The translations under genes were made by a program, and so were the position numbers. This document shows positions 56,857 through 64,000 of a stretch of 64,000 nucleotides of DNA, one piece after another. Below the pieces are notes generated by a model, which made no database searches, had not been told where the DNA came from, and saw only the letters and a list, made by a program, of their open reading frames with translations. Source of the DNA: a virus (taxonomy: Duplodnaviria; Caudoviricetes); the IMG/VR virus record IMGVR_UViG_3300031519_004326, positions 8,380 through 72,379 of that record; one strand, 5' to 3'. Within the stretch, counting starts at the first letter, position 1. Each line of letters begins with the position of its first letter.

Positions 56857-57017
56857 TGTGGTTCCTATTAATCCTTAGTATGACCCAAGGTGAATTAAAG
56901 TACACAGCAGTTGATTCTTATGATACTGTAGAAGAATGTCATTTGGCATTATTCGATACGTATTTTGAAGATTATCAAGAAGCAATCTGTCTTAAGAGTT
57001 ATCATAATGATGAATAA
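56856..57017 (+). CDS. unannotated 53-aa protein
   Basis: TAATG coupling; MWFLLILSMTQG...EECHLAL...AICLKSYHNDE. Confidence 0.6.
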   Translation: MWFLLILSMTQGELKYTAVDSYDTVEECHLALFDTYFEDYQEAICLKSYHNDE

Positions 57018-57711
57018 ATTTATATTTGATGTAGACGGTACACTAACACCTAGTCGTGGTATTATTGATCTAGAGTTTAAAGCGTTCTTTAATAGTTTCT
57101 GTTTAATGAATGATGTATACTTAGTTACTGGTAGTGATAAACCTAAAACAGTAGAACAGATTAGTGAAGGAACTTATAACTTATGTAAACGTGTTTACAA
57201 CTGTTCAGGTGGTGATGTTTATGAAGGCGAACAGAACATAAGATCAAGTGATTGGAAATTGCCTGACCTGGCAAGAACATTTTTAATTAGTTGCGAGTAT
57301 GAAAGTTTGTTTGATCTACGCACAGGAAATCATATCGAAGAACGTTCTGGACTAGTAAATTTTAGTGTTGTAGGTCGTAATGCTAATGCCGAAGAACGTG
57401 CAAAGTATGTAGAATACGATTCATTTGAAGAAGAACGAAATATAATAGCAAACTCGTTTAATATAATGTTTCCTGAATTACAAGCAACTGTAGGCGGGGA
57501 TACCGGCATTGATATTGCTCCTCGTGGATTAGATAAAAGTCAAATATTAAAAGACTTTAAAGATAACGACACAATACACTTTTACGGTGATGCAATGTTC
57601 GAAGGAGGCAATGATAAACCGTTAGCAGATGCACTAAAGAAGTACCAACTAGGTTTTTCACATCAAGTTAATAACTGGAAAGACACTTGGCAACTTCTAA
57701 AAGAATTATGA
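57007..57711 (+). CDS. eukaryote-type (HAD-IIB, PMM2-like) phosphomannomutase
   Basis: FDVDGTLTPSR, IEERSGLVNFSVVGRNA, GGDTGIDI, DKS, FYGDAMFEGGND. Confidence 0.85.
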   Translation: MMNKFIFDVDGTLTPSRGIIDLEFKAFFNSFCLMNDVYLVTGSDKPKTVEQISEGTYNLCKRVYNCSGGDVYEGEQNIRSSDWKLPDLARTFLISCEYESLFDLRTGNHIEERSGLVNFSVVGRNANAEERAKYVEYDSFEEERNIIANSFNIMFPELQATVGGDTGIDIAPRGLDKSQILKDFKDNDTIHFYGDAMFEGGNDKPLADALKKYQLGFSHQVNNWKDTWQLLKEL

Positions 57712-57746
57712 TTCAAAAGAAAAACCTAAATACCCTTATAAAATGC

Positions 57747-57775
57747 TTGACAACAAACAAATTAGGCAGTATAAT
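57747..57775 (+). promoter_or_regulatory. sigma70-type promoter for the clamp-dpdA operon
   Basis: TTGACA (57747-57752), 17 nt, TATAAT (57770-57775). Confidence 0.87.
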
Positions 57776-57799
57776 TTAACTAACAATGGAGAAAAATAA

Positions 57800-58528
57800 A
57801 TGAAAGATATCTTACAAGACGTAGTTGCACATACACACGCACTAGGCTTTTTAGCAATAGTTAAAATTAGTAACGACGAAGGCACACAAATTGACTCAAT
57901 GGCTGAAGACCGTAGTGTTATTTTAAGTGCATCAACACACAATAAAGTAAATGAATTTGTAGGCACATTTGGTATGCCTAACTTAGACAAGTTAGCATTA
58001 CATTTGAAAAACCCTGAATACAAAACAGATGCTAAAATTGATGTTATACAGGCAGAACGCAACGGCGAAACTATTCCAACACACATTCACTTTGAAAACG
58101 CAGCAGGTGACTTTGAAAATGATTATCGCTTTATGAACAAAGCAATTATCGAAGAGAAGTTAAAAACTGTTAAGTTTAAAGGTGCAACGTGGGAAGTTGA
58201 AGTTGATCCATCGCAGGCATCAATTGCACGTATGAAACTTATGAGTGCAGCACATTCCGAAGAACCTACATTTAACGTAAAGACTCGAGATGGTAACTTA
58301 GTGTTTAGTTTCGGTGATGCAAGTACACACGCAGGCGAATTTGTATTCCAACACGGTATTGAAGGTAAGTTACAACACACTTGGAGTTGGCCTGTAGCAC
58401 AAGTACAAGCAATTCTAAACTTAGACGGTGACGTTACTATGAGTATTAGTGATCAAGGTGCAATGAAAATTGCCGTAGACAGTGGTATGGTTAAGTACGA
58501 CTATATCTTGCCAGCGCAGAGCAAGTAA
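57800..58528 (+). CDS. sliding clamp (gp45/PCNA-like)
   Basis: 242 aa two-domain alternating beta/alpha pattern; C-terminal YDYILPAQ; polB and clamp loader in the same window. Confidence 0.7.
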   Translation: MKDILQDVVAHTHALGFLAIVKISNDEGTQIDSMAEDRSVILSASTHNKVNEFVGTFGMPNLDKLALHLKNPEYKTDAKIDVIQAERNGETIPTHIHFENAAGDFENDYRFMNKAIIEEKLKTVKFKGATWEVEVDPSQASIARMKLMSAAHSEEPTFNVKTRDGNLVFSFGDASTHAGEFVFQHGIEGKLQHTWSWPVAQVQAILNLDGDVTMSISDQGAMKIAVDSGMVKYDYILPAQSK

Positions 58529-58530
58529 CT

Positions 58531-60156
58531 ATGAACAAAGACCTAACAACAGCGCAACAAGATTACGCACATTTCTTACCTGCACTTAGTGGCTTCTATG
58601 CAACTTATGTGGGCAAGCAACGCTATCCTGATCCTGTCGACGGTCCTTACGTTCCTGACAACCGTATTCCAAGTAACTTTCAAAACAATGTCGAAAGTTT
58701 AAACTATCTTAATGCACAAGAAGGGGCATTCACATATAAGTGGTGCCTTTATAGTGCAGGACACGCTGACTTAGATACAACTAAAATTGTACCTAAAGAA
58801 GATATGGTTCGGAATAGAGATAGAGAAAATACTTGGTTGCTAGGCGACAGCGGAGGCTTCCAGATTGGTAAGGGTGTTTGGGAAGGTGATTGGAAAGATC
58901 CTAATTGTCCTAAAGCACAAAAGAAACGTGACGGAGTGTTACGTTGGATGGATGCATATATGGACTACGGAATGATACTTGATATTCCGGCGTGGGTTGC
59001 ACGTTCACCAGCAGGTGCCAAGGCAACTGGTATAAGTACGTATCAAGAAGCAGTAGTAGCAACACGTATTAACAACGACTATTGGATGAAACATAGAACA
59101 GGTGCTTGTAAGTTATTAAACGTATTGCAGGGTGAGAATCACGCAGACGCAGATGACTGGTATGAGCAAATGAAAGACTATTGTGATCCAGTTAAGTATC
59201 CTGACAAACACTTTAATGGTTGGTCAATGGGTGGGCAGAATATGTGCGATGTACACTTAGTACTCAAACGTATTGTTGCATTGCACTATGACGGGCTATT
59301 ACAAAGCGGTATACACGATGTAATGCACTTCTTAGGCACAAGTAAACTAGAGTGGGCTTGCTTGCTAACAGACGTACAGCGGGCTATACGCAAGTACTAT
59401 AACCCCACTATGATGCTTACATTTGATTGTGCAAGTCCGTTCTTAGCTACTGCTAATGGACAAGTATACACGTCAGTTGAAACACCGGATAGAGGTAAGT
59501 GGACATATCGAATGGTTCCTAGTGTAGACGAACTAAAGTATGCATCTGATACACGTACATTTAAAGATGCAACACTACAAGACGGAATCTTTAAAACCTT
59601 CGAAGACTCGCCATTAAGTGACGGACTATTAGTTAATGACATTTGTACATATAAAAAGGGTGATCGTAATAAAATTGGAACACCTAAAGTAAGTGCAGGC
59701 GAAGTTGAACTAGATAAAAATGATGATCCTGTGCTTGACGAAAACAAACAACCAATTGTACGTAAGAAAGATTCAACAAGTTGGGATAGTTTTAGTTATG
59801 CTATTCAAATGGGTCATAACGTATGGACACACATTAATGCTGTACAAGAAGCAAATAGACAGTACGATGCCGGTGTTATACCTAAGATGCTTGTACAAGA
59901 GCAGTTTGATAGAGTAATGTTTAGAGATGTTGTAGAAGAAATATTTTCAAAGACAACACGAGAAGAGTCATTAGAAACTATTGAAAAGTATACAAAGTTC
60001 TGGATGGCTATTCCGGGTACTAGAGGTGCTATTGGTAAAAAGACTGTAAACAGTTCAACATTCTTTGATGCACTATTTGATGTCGAAGCTCCAACTGTAA
60101 TTGAAGACGAGCTAGATGAAACTAAGTTAGAGGAACTCGAGGATGAGCAACTATGA
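58531..60156 (+). CDS. dpdA: TGT/DpdA-family 7-deazaguanine transglycosylase
   Basis: LGDSGGFQ, MILDIP, VLQG, GWSMGG, MHFLG, TFDCASP, GHN; no CxCxxC zinc site of tRNA TGT. Confidence 0.8.
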   Translation: MNKDLTTAQQDYAHFLPALSGFYATYVGKQRYPDPVDGPYVPDNRIPSNFQNNVESLNYLNAQEGAFTYKWCLYSAGHADLDTTKIVPKEDMVRNRDRENTWLLGDSGGFQIGKGVWEGDWKDPNCPKAQKKRDGVLRWMDAYMDYGMILDIPAWVARSPAGAKATGISTYQEAVVATRINNDYWMKHRTGACKLLNVLQGENHADADDWYEQMKDYCDPVKYPDKHFNGWSMGGQNMCDVHLVLKRIVALHYDGLLQSGIHDVMHFLGTSKLEWACLLTDVQRAIRKYYNPTMMLTFDCASPFLATANGQVYTSVETPDRGKWTYRMVPSVDELKYASDTRTFKDATLQDGIFKTFEDSPLSDGLLVNDICTYKKGDRNKIGTPKVSAGEVELDKNDDPVLDENKQPIVRKKDSTSWDSFSYAIQMGHNVWTHINAVQEANRQYDAGVIPKMLVQEQFDRVMFRDVVEEIFSKTTREESLETIEKYTKFWMAIPGTRGAIGKKTVNSSTFFDALFDVEAPTVIEDELDETKLEELEDEQL

Positions 60157-60352
60157 TGAAGTCGAAGCTAAACTTCGCGCACACTACGACGAACTAAAAC
60201 GGAAACACAGAGAGCTTGACGAAGAGCTTGAAACCAAGTATAATAATATGACAGTTACCGAAGAAGTTCGTAGAATGAAAACTATGAAACTTTATCTTAA
60301 AGATGAAATGCATCGTATTAATGCATATTTGATACAAAAAGGCTTAGAATGA
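60143..60352 (+). CDS. DUF465/YdcH-like coiled-coil protein
   Basis: HRELDEEL...MKTMKLYLKDEM. Confidence 0.7.
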   Translation: MSNYDEVEAKLRAHYDELKRKHRELDEELETKYNNMTVTEEVRRMKTMKLYLKDEMHRINAYLIQKGLE

Positions 60353-60870
60353 AAAGAGATTACGATACAGGCACATCAGACAGTATTACATTCTTTACAG
60401 GTGTAGAAGTTGAAAAGACTCCTGCATATGGTATGAAGACGCTGTTTGTTACTGGTCATCAAGACTACAACGAAATTATGAAGTACTATAAGGAAGAAAA
60501 ATGTGAACATATCTTCTTTGGTGCTAATCATAGTTATGCTCCTGTTACATCAGATAATTTTGAAGACTGGGATCTAATGATTCGTGCGTTTACAGATCAA
60601 GGTATTATGTGTAGCTTAGATATTCCAAGTACAATTAATTTGGAATGGTTCTTAGACGGAGGTCTAGTTGAAAGTGATAACTTTATTCCTCAACTACGTG
60701 TTGTAGTTCCATATGTTAAACAATGGGGATACAATGCAATGATTAAAATTGACGATAAAGATTTTAAAGCATCTAATCCAGGCGTTTGGTGTCATAGCTT
60801 ACACGATTTAATGGATAGAGAAAAATTTACCGATTGGGGCAAATATGGCCTTGACAAAGTCCTAAAGTGA
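60349..60870 (+). CDS. hypothetical alpha/beta protein in the dpdA cluster
   Basis: GVEVEKTPAYG, HIFFGANHS, NPGVWCH; coupled to the dpdA operon. Confidence 0.75.
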   Translation: MKRDYDTGTSDSITFFTGVEVEKTPAYGMKTLFVTGHQDYNEIMKYYKEEKCEHIFFGANHSYAPVTSDNFEDWDLMIRAFTDQGIMCSLDIPSTINLEWFLDGGLVESDNFIPQLRVVVPYVKQWGYNAMIKIDDKDFKASNPGVWCHSLHDLMDREKFTDWGKYGLDKVLK

Positions 60871-60879
60871 AAGTATACT
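60851..60879 (+). promoter_or_regulatory. sigma70-type promoter for the QueD-like/GT operon
   Basis: TTGACA (60851-60856), 17 nt, TATACT (60874-60879). Confidence 0.82.
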
Positions 60880-60885
60880 AGTAAT

Positions 60886-61323
60886 ATGCAAGAACGCTAT
60901 CATAACTATATGTTACGCAGAATGAAGGAAGACAGAATGACACAAGAAGCAAGCAGAAGTGTATGGGTAACCTTTCGTAAAGAAGGTGTTCATATGTACC
61001 CAGGTGCAGACACTGACCCAAAATTAGCAACAGGCGAGTGGGATGATGTATCATTCCTAGGTATTCCGCATCGTCATATTTTCCACTTTAAAGTTCGCAT
61101 CGAAGTATTTCACAACGATCGCGATATTGAGTTTATTCAGTTTAAACGCTGGATGGAACGGTTGTATGCGCAGGATGTAATACAACTGAATCACAAGAGC
61201 TGCGAAATGATTGCAGATGACTTGTATGAAGAAATCACTACAAAGTACCCCGGCCGCTTTGTAGAAATTGATGTCGCTGAAGATGGCGAAAATGGCTGTT
61301 CAATTTATTATCCTAAATGCTAA
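60886..61323 (+). CDS. QueD-like T-fold protein (second, divergent)
   Basis: PHRHIFHFKV, DIEFIQFKR, SCEMIA, VAEDGENG; lacks the CxxxHGH of canonical QueD. Confidence 0.7.
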   Translation: MQERYHNYMLRRMKEDRMTQEASRSVWVTFRKEGVHMYPGADTDPKLATGEWDDVSFLGIPHRHIFHFKVRIEVFHNDRDIEFIQFKRWMERLYAQDVIQLNHKSCEMIADDLYEEITTKYPGRFVEIDVAEDGENGCSIYYPKC

Positions 61324-61339
61324 AAGAGAGTAAACTACA

Positions 61340-61546
61340 ATGGCAAATAACTTCCCTCCTGTCAATAAGATTTTTGACGATTTGGATAAGTTCCGCGACT
61401 ACTGTCGCTTCGAAGGTAAACCGTTTAATGAAAAGGATCTTTATAAAAGAGATGCGTGGGTGTGGCAAGCCTATGGAAAGTACCAAAACTACCTTCGTGC
61501 AAAGGCTCGCAATGGCGGGCGTGATTTTCAACAACGGAGAACCTAA
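61340..61546 (+). CDS. hypothetical protein
   Basis: FRDYCRFEG...FNEKDLY; coupled to the GT. Confidence 0.7.
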   Translation: MANNFPPVNKIFDDLDKFRDYCRFEGKPFNEKDLYKRDAWVWQAYGKYQNYLRAKARNGGRDFQQRRT

Positions 61547-62602
61547 ATGACTATCTTCATCGTAGATATTGAAGCAGTAGATACACGTTACACTAAACAG
61601 TGGAAGGAGTATTTACCTAAACAACTGCAACGAGCTACGAGTGAAGATGTTGTTGTTATTAGTGGTGGCGAAACTCCTCAGGCAACTACGCCTGGGGCGT
61701 TTTTAAACTTTGGTGGTACAAACGTTTACAAGAGTAAACAACTAGAAACTATCGGTGAGATGTTCTGCAAAGGACAAGTAACCGATGGGGACTATTTCTT
61801 ATACACAGATGCTTGGAACCCTACTGTTATACAATTGAAGTATATGGCAGAACTTCTAGGTGTTGACATTAATATTGGCGGCTTATGGCACGCCGGTAGT
61901 TATGATCCACAAGACTTCTTAGGAAGACTTATAGGTGATAAACCTTGGGTACGTCACGCTGAAATGTCAATGTATGAATGTTATGATGATAACTTTTATG
62001 CTACTAACTATCATATTGACTTGTTTACAGATACTATGATGGACAATTATAATGTTGATATGGACAAAGCAATTAAAGTTGGCTGGCCTATGGAGTACCT
62101 AAAAGATAGTTTAATTAGCTACAAAGGTATGGAGAAGCGAGACTTGATCTTGTTTCCACACCGTGTTGCTCCTGAGAAGCAAGTTGAAATCTTTAGAGAC
62201 TTAGCACAGCGGTTGCCGCAATATGAGTTTGTTGTTTGTCAAGAACAAGAACTTACAAAGAACGAATATCACAACTTGCTAGGTGAAGCTAAGATGGTGT
62301 TTAGTGCTAACTTGCAAGAAACACTTGGTATTAGCTGGTATGAAGGAGCATTAGTTGATGCTATTCCTATGATGCCTAATAGACTAAGCTATAGTGAAAT
62401 GGCACTACCTGAGTTTTTATATCCAAGTGAATGGACTGAAAACTACGATACATACTTGCATCACAGAGACAAAGTAGTTGCACAAATTGTAAACTATATG
62501 GAAAACTTTGATGATTTACAAGTGTCTTTGGAAAAGCAACGCACAAAACTAAACAAAGAGTTTTTTAGTGGAGCAGCATTATATGACACAATCAAAAGAT
62601 AA
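61547..62602 (+). CDS. GT-B (GT4-like) glycosyltransferase resembling GTDC1/QTMAN
   Basis: ILFPHRVAPEKQ, QETLGISWYEG (ExxG..E), PNRLSYSEM..PEFLY. Confidence 0.8.
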   Translation: MTIFIVDIEAVDTRYTKQWKEYLPKQLQRATSEDVVVISGGETPQATTPGAFLNFGGTNVYKSKQLETIGEMFCKGQVTDGDYFLYTDAWNPTVIQLKYMAELLGVDINIGGLWHAGSYDPQDFLGRLIGDKPWVRHAEMSMYECYDDNFYATNYHIDLFTDTMMDNYNVDMDKAIKVGWPMEYLKDSLISYKGMEKRDLILFPHRVAPEKQVEIFRDLAQRLPQYEFVVCQEQELTKNEYHNLLGEAKMVFSANLQETLGISWYEGALVDAIPMMPNRLSYSEMALPEFLYPSEWTENYDTYLHHRDKVVAQIVNYMENFDDLQVSLEKQRTKLNKEFFSGAALYDTIKR

Positions 62603-63044
62603 CATCCTTTCTACCTTAATGGACAAACTTGGTAGACGTCGAGTAATTACAGAGCGCGACAGTAACGTGCCGTATCTTGTACGTTACTATTTGTTTTTAA
62701 AAGAACGAAAGAACTTTCCGTTTAATCTTACTTTACACAAAGTATTAGTAAGTGACGAGCCTACACTACACGATCATCCGTGGAGTTATGCTACATTTAT
62801 TATTGCAGGCGGCTACTATGAAAACACTCCTAAAGGGCGGTTTTGGAGAGGCCCAGGACACTTCCGTTATCGTAGTGCTAACGACTTACATTTCTTAGAA
62901 CTTGATAAAGATTCAAATGGAAATGAGATACCTTGTTGGAGTTTATTCTTTATGGGTAAAAAGGCAGGAGCCTGGGGCTTCTTAAAAAATGGTGTTTGGA
63001 TACACAACAAAAATTATTTGGCGAGAGGAGCAAAAGACGAATGA
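62583..63044 (+). CDS. cupin-fold metalloprotein
   Basis: LHDHPW, GGYYE, distal LHFLEL His. Confidence 0.75.
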   Translation: MTQSKDNILSTLMDKLGRRRVITERDSNVPYLVRYYLFLKERKNFPFNLTLHKVLVSDEPTLHDHPWSYATFIIAGGYYENTPKGRFWRGPGHFRYRSANDLHFLELDKDSNGNEIPCWSLFFMGKKAGAWGFLKNGVWIHNKNYLARGAKDE

Positions 63045-63379
63045 GTAGTGACACTATTACTTTGGATTATAATGTAAATCCGTATACTATTTCTACTGTT
63101 GATTCCGGCTATGTTACTACATCAAGTATAACTGGACTTAATAGTAATATATGGACTGATGATGTTTCTGCCAAACCTTCGATCAAGTGTGATGGCACTC
63201 TTGAAGTACAAGGTAGAGATGTTCTAGCAGAACTTGACGAAATGCGTGATGCACTAATGTTAATCAAGCGTGACGTAGATATGGAAGCTAAGTATCCTAA
63301 GCTAAAAGAACTAAAAGACGAGTATGCAAAGCAACTTGCAAAGTATGCTACATTTGACACAATTAAGGAATCAAAATGA
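63041..63379 (+). CDS. hypothetical protein
   Basis: ATG after GAGGAG; C-terminal EAKYPKLKELKDEY. Confidence 0.7.
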   Translation: MSSDTITLDYNVNPYTISTVDSGYVTTSSITGLNSNIWTDDVSAKPSIKCDGTLEVQGRDVLAELDEMRDALMLIKRDVDMEAKYPKLKELKDEYAKQLAKYATFDTIKESK

Positions 63380-63942
63380 TTAAAAAACATTATTATAGCT
63401 GGACTGATATTGAACGTATGTGTGTAAGCATTGTTAATCAAATGTACGCTGACAACTGGCGTCCTGATTACATTGTAGGTGTTACACGCGGTGGCAATGT
63501 ACCCGCTACTATTATTAGTAATATGACTGGCATTCGTTGCGAAGCACTTAAAGTAAGTTTGCGTGACGATGACATAGGCCCTGAAAGTAACTTGTGGATG
63601 AGCGAAGATGCATTTGGATATGTGAACGAAGACGAACGAGACGTAGCTGGATGTCGTTGGGACAATACAAAGCGAAAGAAAATCCTTATTGTAGACGATA
63701 TTAACGACACTGGTGCTACATTTAATTGGATCAAAGAAGACTGGCCAAAAAGTTGTTTGCCAATGGAACACGAGGGATGGAATACTGTTTGGAATGATGA
63801 AATTGCAAATGTAAGATTTGCTACACTAACTGAAAATTTATCTAGTAACTTTGACGGTGTAAGGTATACTTGTCACGAAGTTAACAAAGCAGAAGAAGAC
63901 ATTTGGTTAGTTTACCCTTGGGAGAATGTAAGTGAGTATTAA
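63376..63942 (+). CDS. type I purine phosphoribosyltransferase (Gpt/XGPRT-like)
   Basis: IVGVTRGG, ILIVDDINDTGAT PRPP loop, WLVYPWE. Confidence 0.88.
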   Translation: MIKKHYYSWTDIERMCVSIVNQMYADNWRPDYIVGVTRGGNVPATIISNMTGIRCEALKVSLRDDDIGPESNLWMSEDAFGYVNEDERDVAGCRWDNTKRKKILIVDDINDTGATFNWIKEDWPKSCLPMEHEGWNTVWNDEIANVRFATLTENLSSNFDGVRYTCHEVNKAEEDIWLVYPWENVSEY

Positions 63943-64000
63943 TACAAACAAAACATTTAACGATTTTACATACAGACCGTTACCAGAAGGCTTAACAATT
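63932..64000 (+). CDS. 5' end of a truncated ORF
   Basis: GTG start, MSINTNKTFNDFTYRPLPEGLTI, open to the window end. Confidence 0.45.
   Translation, partial: MSINTNKTFNDFTYRPLPEGLTI

Noticed and set aside
58531-60156. Annotating the TGT-fold gene as an ordinary bacterial tRNA-guanine transglycosylase
   Set aside because: It lacks the CxCxxC zinc site, has large insertions, and is linked to the clamp. A DpdA-type call fits better, although tRNA as substrate is not excluded.
764-63771. Many long minus-strand or alternate-frame ORFs in the track (e.g. 764-1174, 21515-22129, 24997-25602, 44142-44831, 63109-63771)
   Set aside because: They lie antisense to or inside well-supported genes, lack RBS or promoter context and recognisable motifs, and are explained by + strand codon bias.
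1-64000. Stop-codon reassignment
   Set aside because: TAA, TAG (e.g. 3813-3815) and TGA (e.g. 8435-8437) all end recognisable full-length proteins, and no conserved gene is interrupted.
1-64000. tRNA, rRNA or CRISPR arrays
   Set aside because: Intergenic gaps are short. I saw no cloverleaf or T-loop motif and no regularly spaced repeat-spacer pattern; the repeats found are coding.
1-64000. Avoidance of GATC, GANTC or CCWGG
   Set aside because: All occur repeatedly (e.g. gatc, gaatc, gattc, ccagg); only CATG looked absent.

Overview
64 kb of a large, AT-rich (roughly 35-37% GC), T4-like/jumbo myophage genome, most similar in gene content to uncultured aquatic Rak2/GAP32-like jumbo phages, standard genetic code, almost all genes on +. 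The host is probably a proteobacterium (inferred from IscU/IscA/Fpr/FdxA types). In order: split type IIA topoisomerase; a queD/glycosyltransferase/FNR/uvsE block; a 3897-aa baseplate-anchored fibre plus baseplate genes; a stand-alone DnaE fragment, GroES and nucleotide metabolism (MazG-like, exonuclease, class I aldolase, clamp loader, DHFR, ThyA, dCMP deaminase); a dispersed Fe-S assembly set (SufS-type desulfurase, 2 IscU, 2 IscA, 7Fe ferredoxin, FNR); PhoH; GH19 endolysin plus spanins; DnaJ/PDF/ClpA; a cluster of probably head-packaged modular proteins; family B DNA polymerase and sliding clamp; and a TGT/DpdA-centred cluster. Two promoter classes are visible: sigma70 TTGACA-N17-TATAAT and a T4-late-like NTAAATA. 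Most notable: (1) the TGT/DpdA cluster holds a second QueD-like T-fold protein, a GT-B enzyme resembling queuosine mannosyltransferase (GTDC1/QTMAN), a eukaryote-type phosphomannomutase, a cytidylyltransferase, a cupin and a purine PRTase, a candidate glycosylated 7-deazaguanine pathway; the DpdA-like protein follows the clamp gene and shares a C-terminal FxxLFD motif with the polymerase; (2) I found no CATG anywhere in 64 kb; (3) a riboswitch-like pseudoknot precedes queD. All family assignments come from motif recognition by eye; no database search was run.
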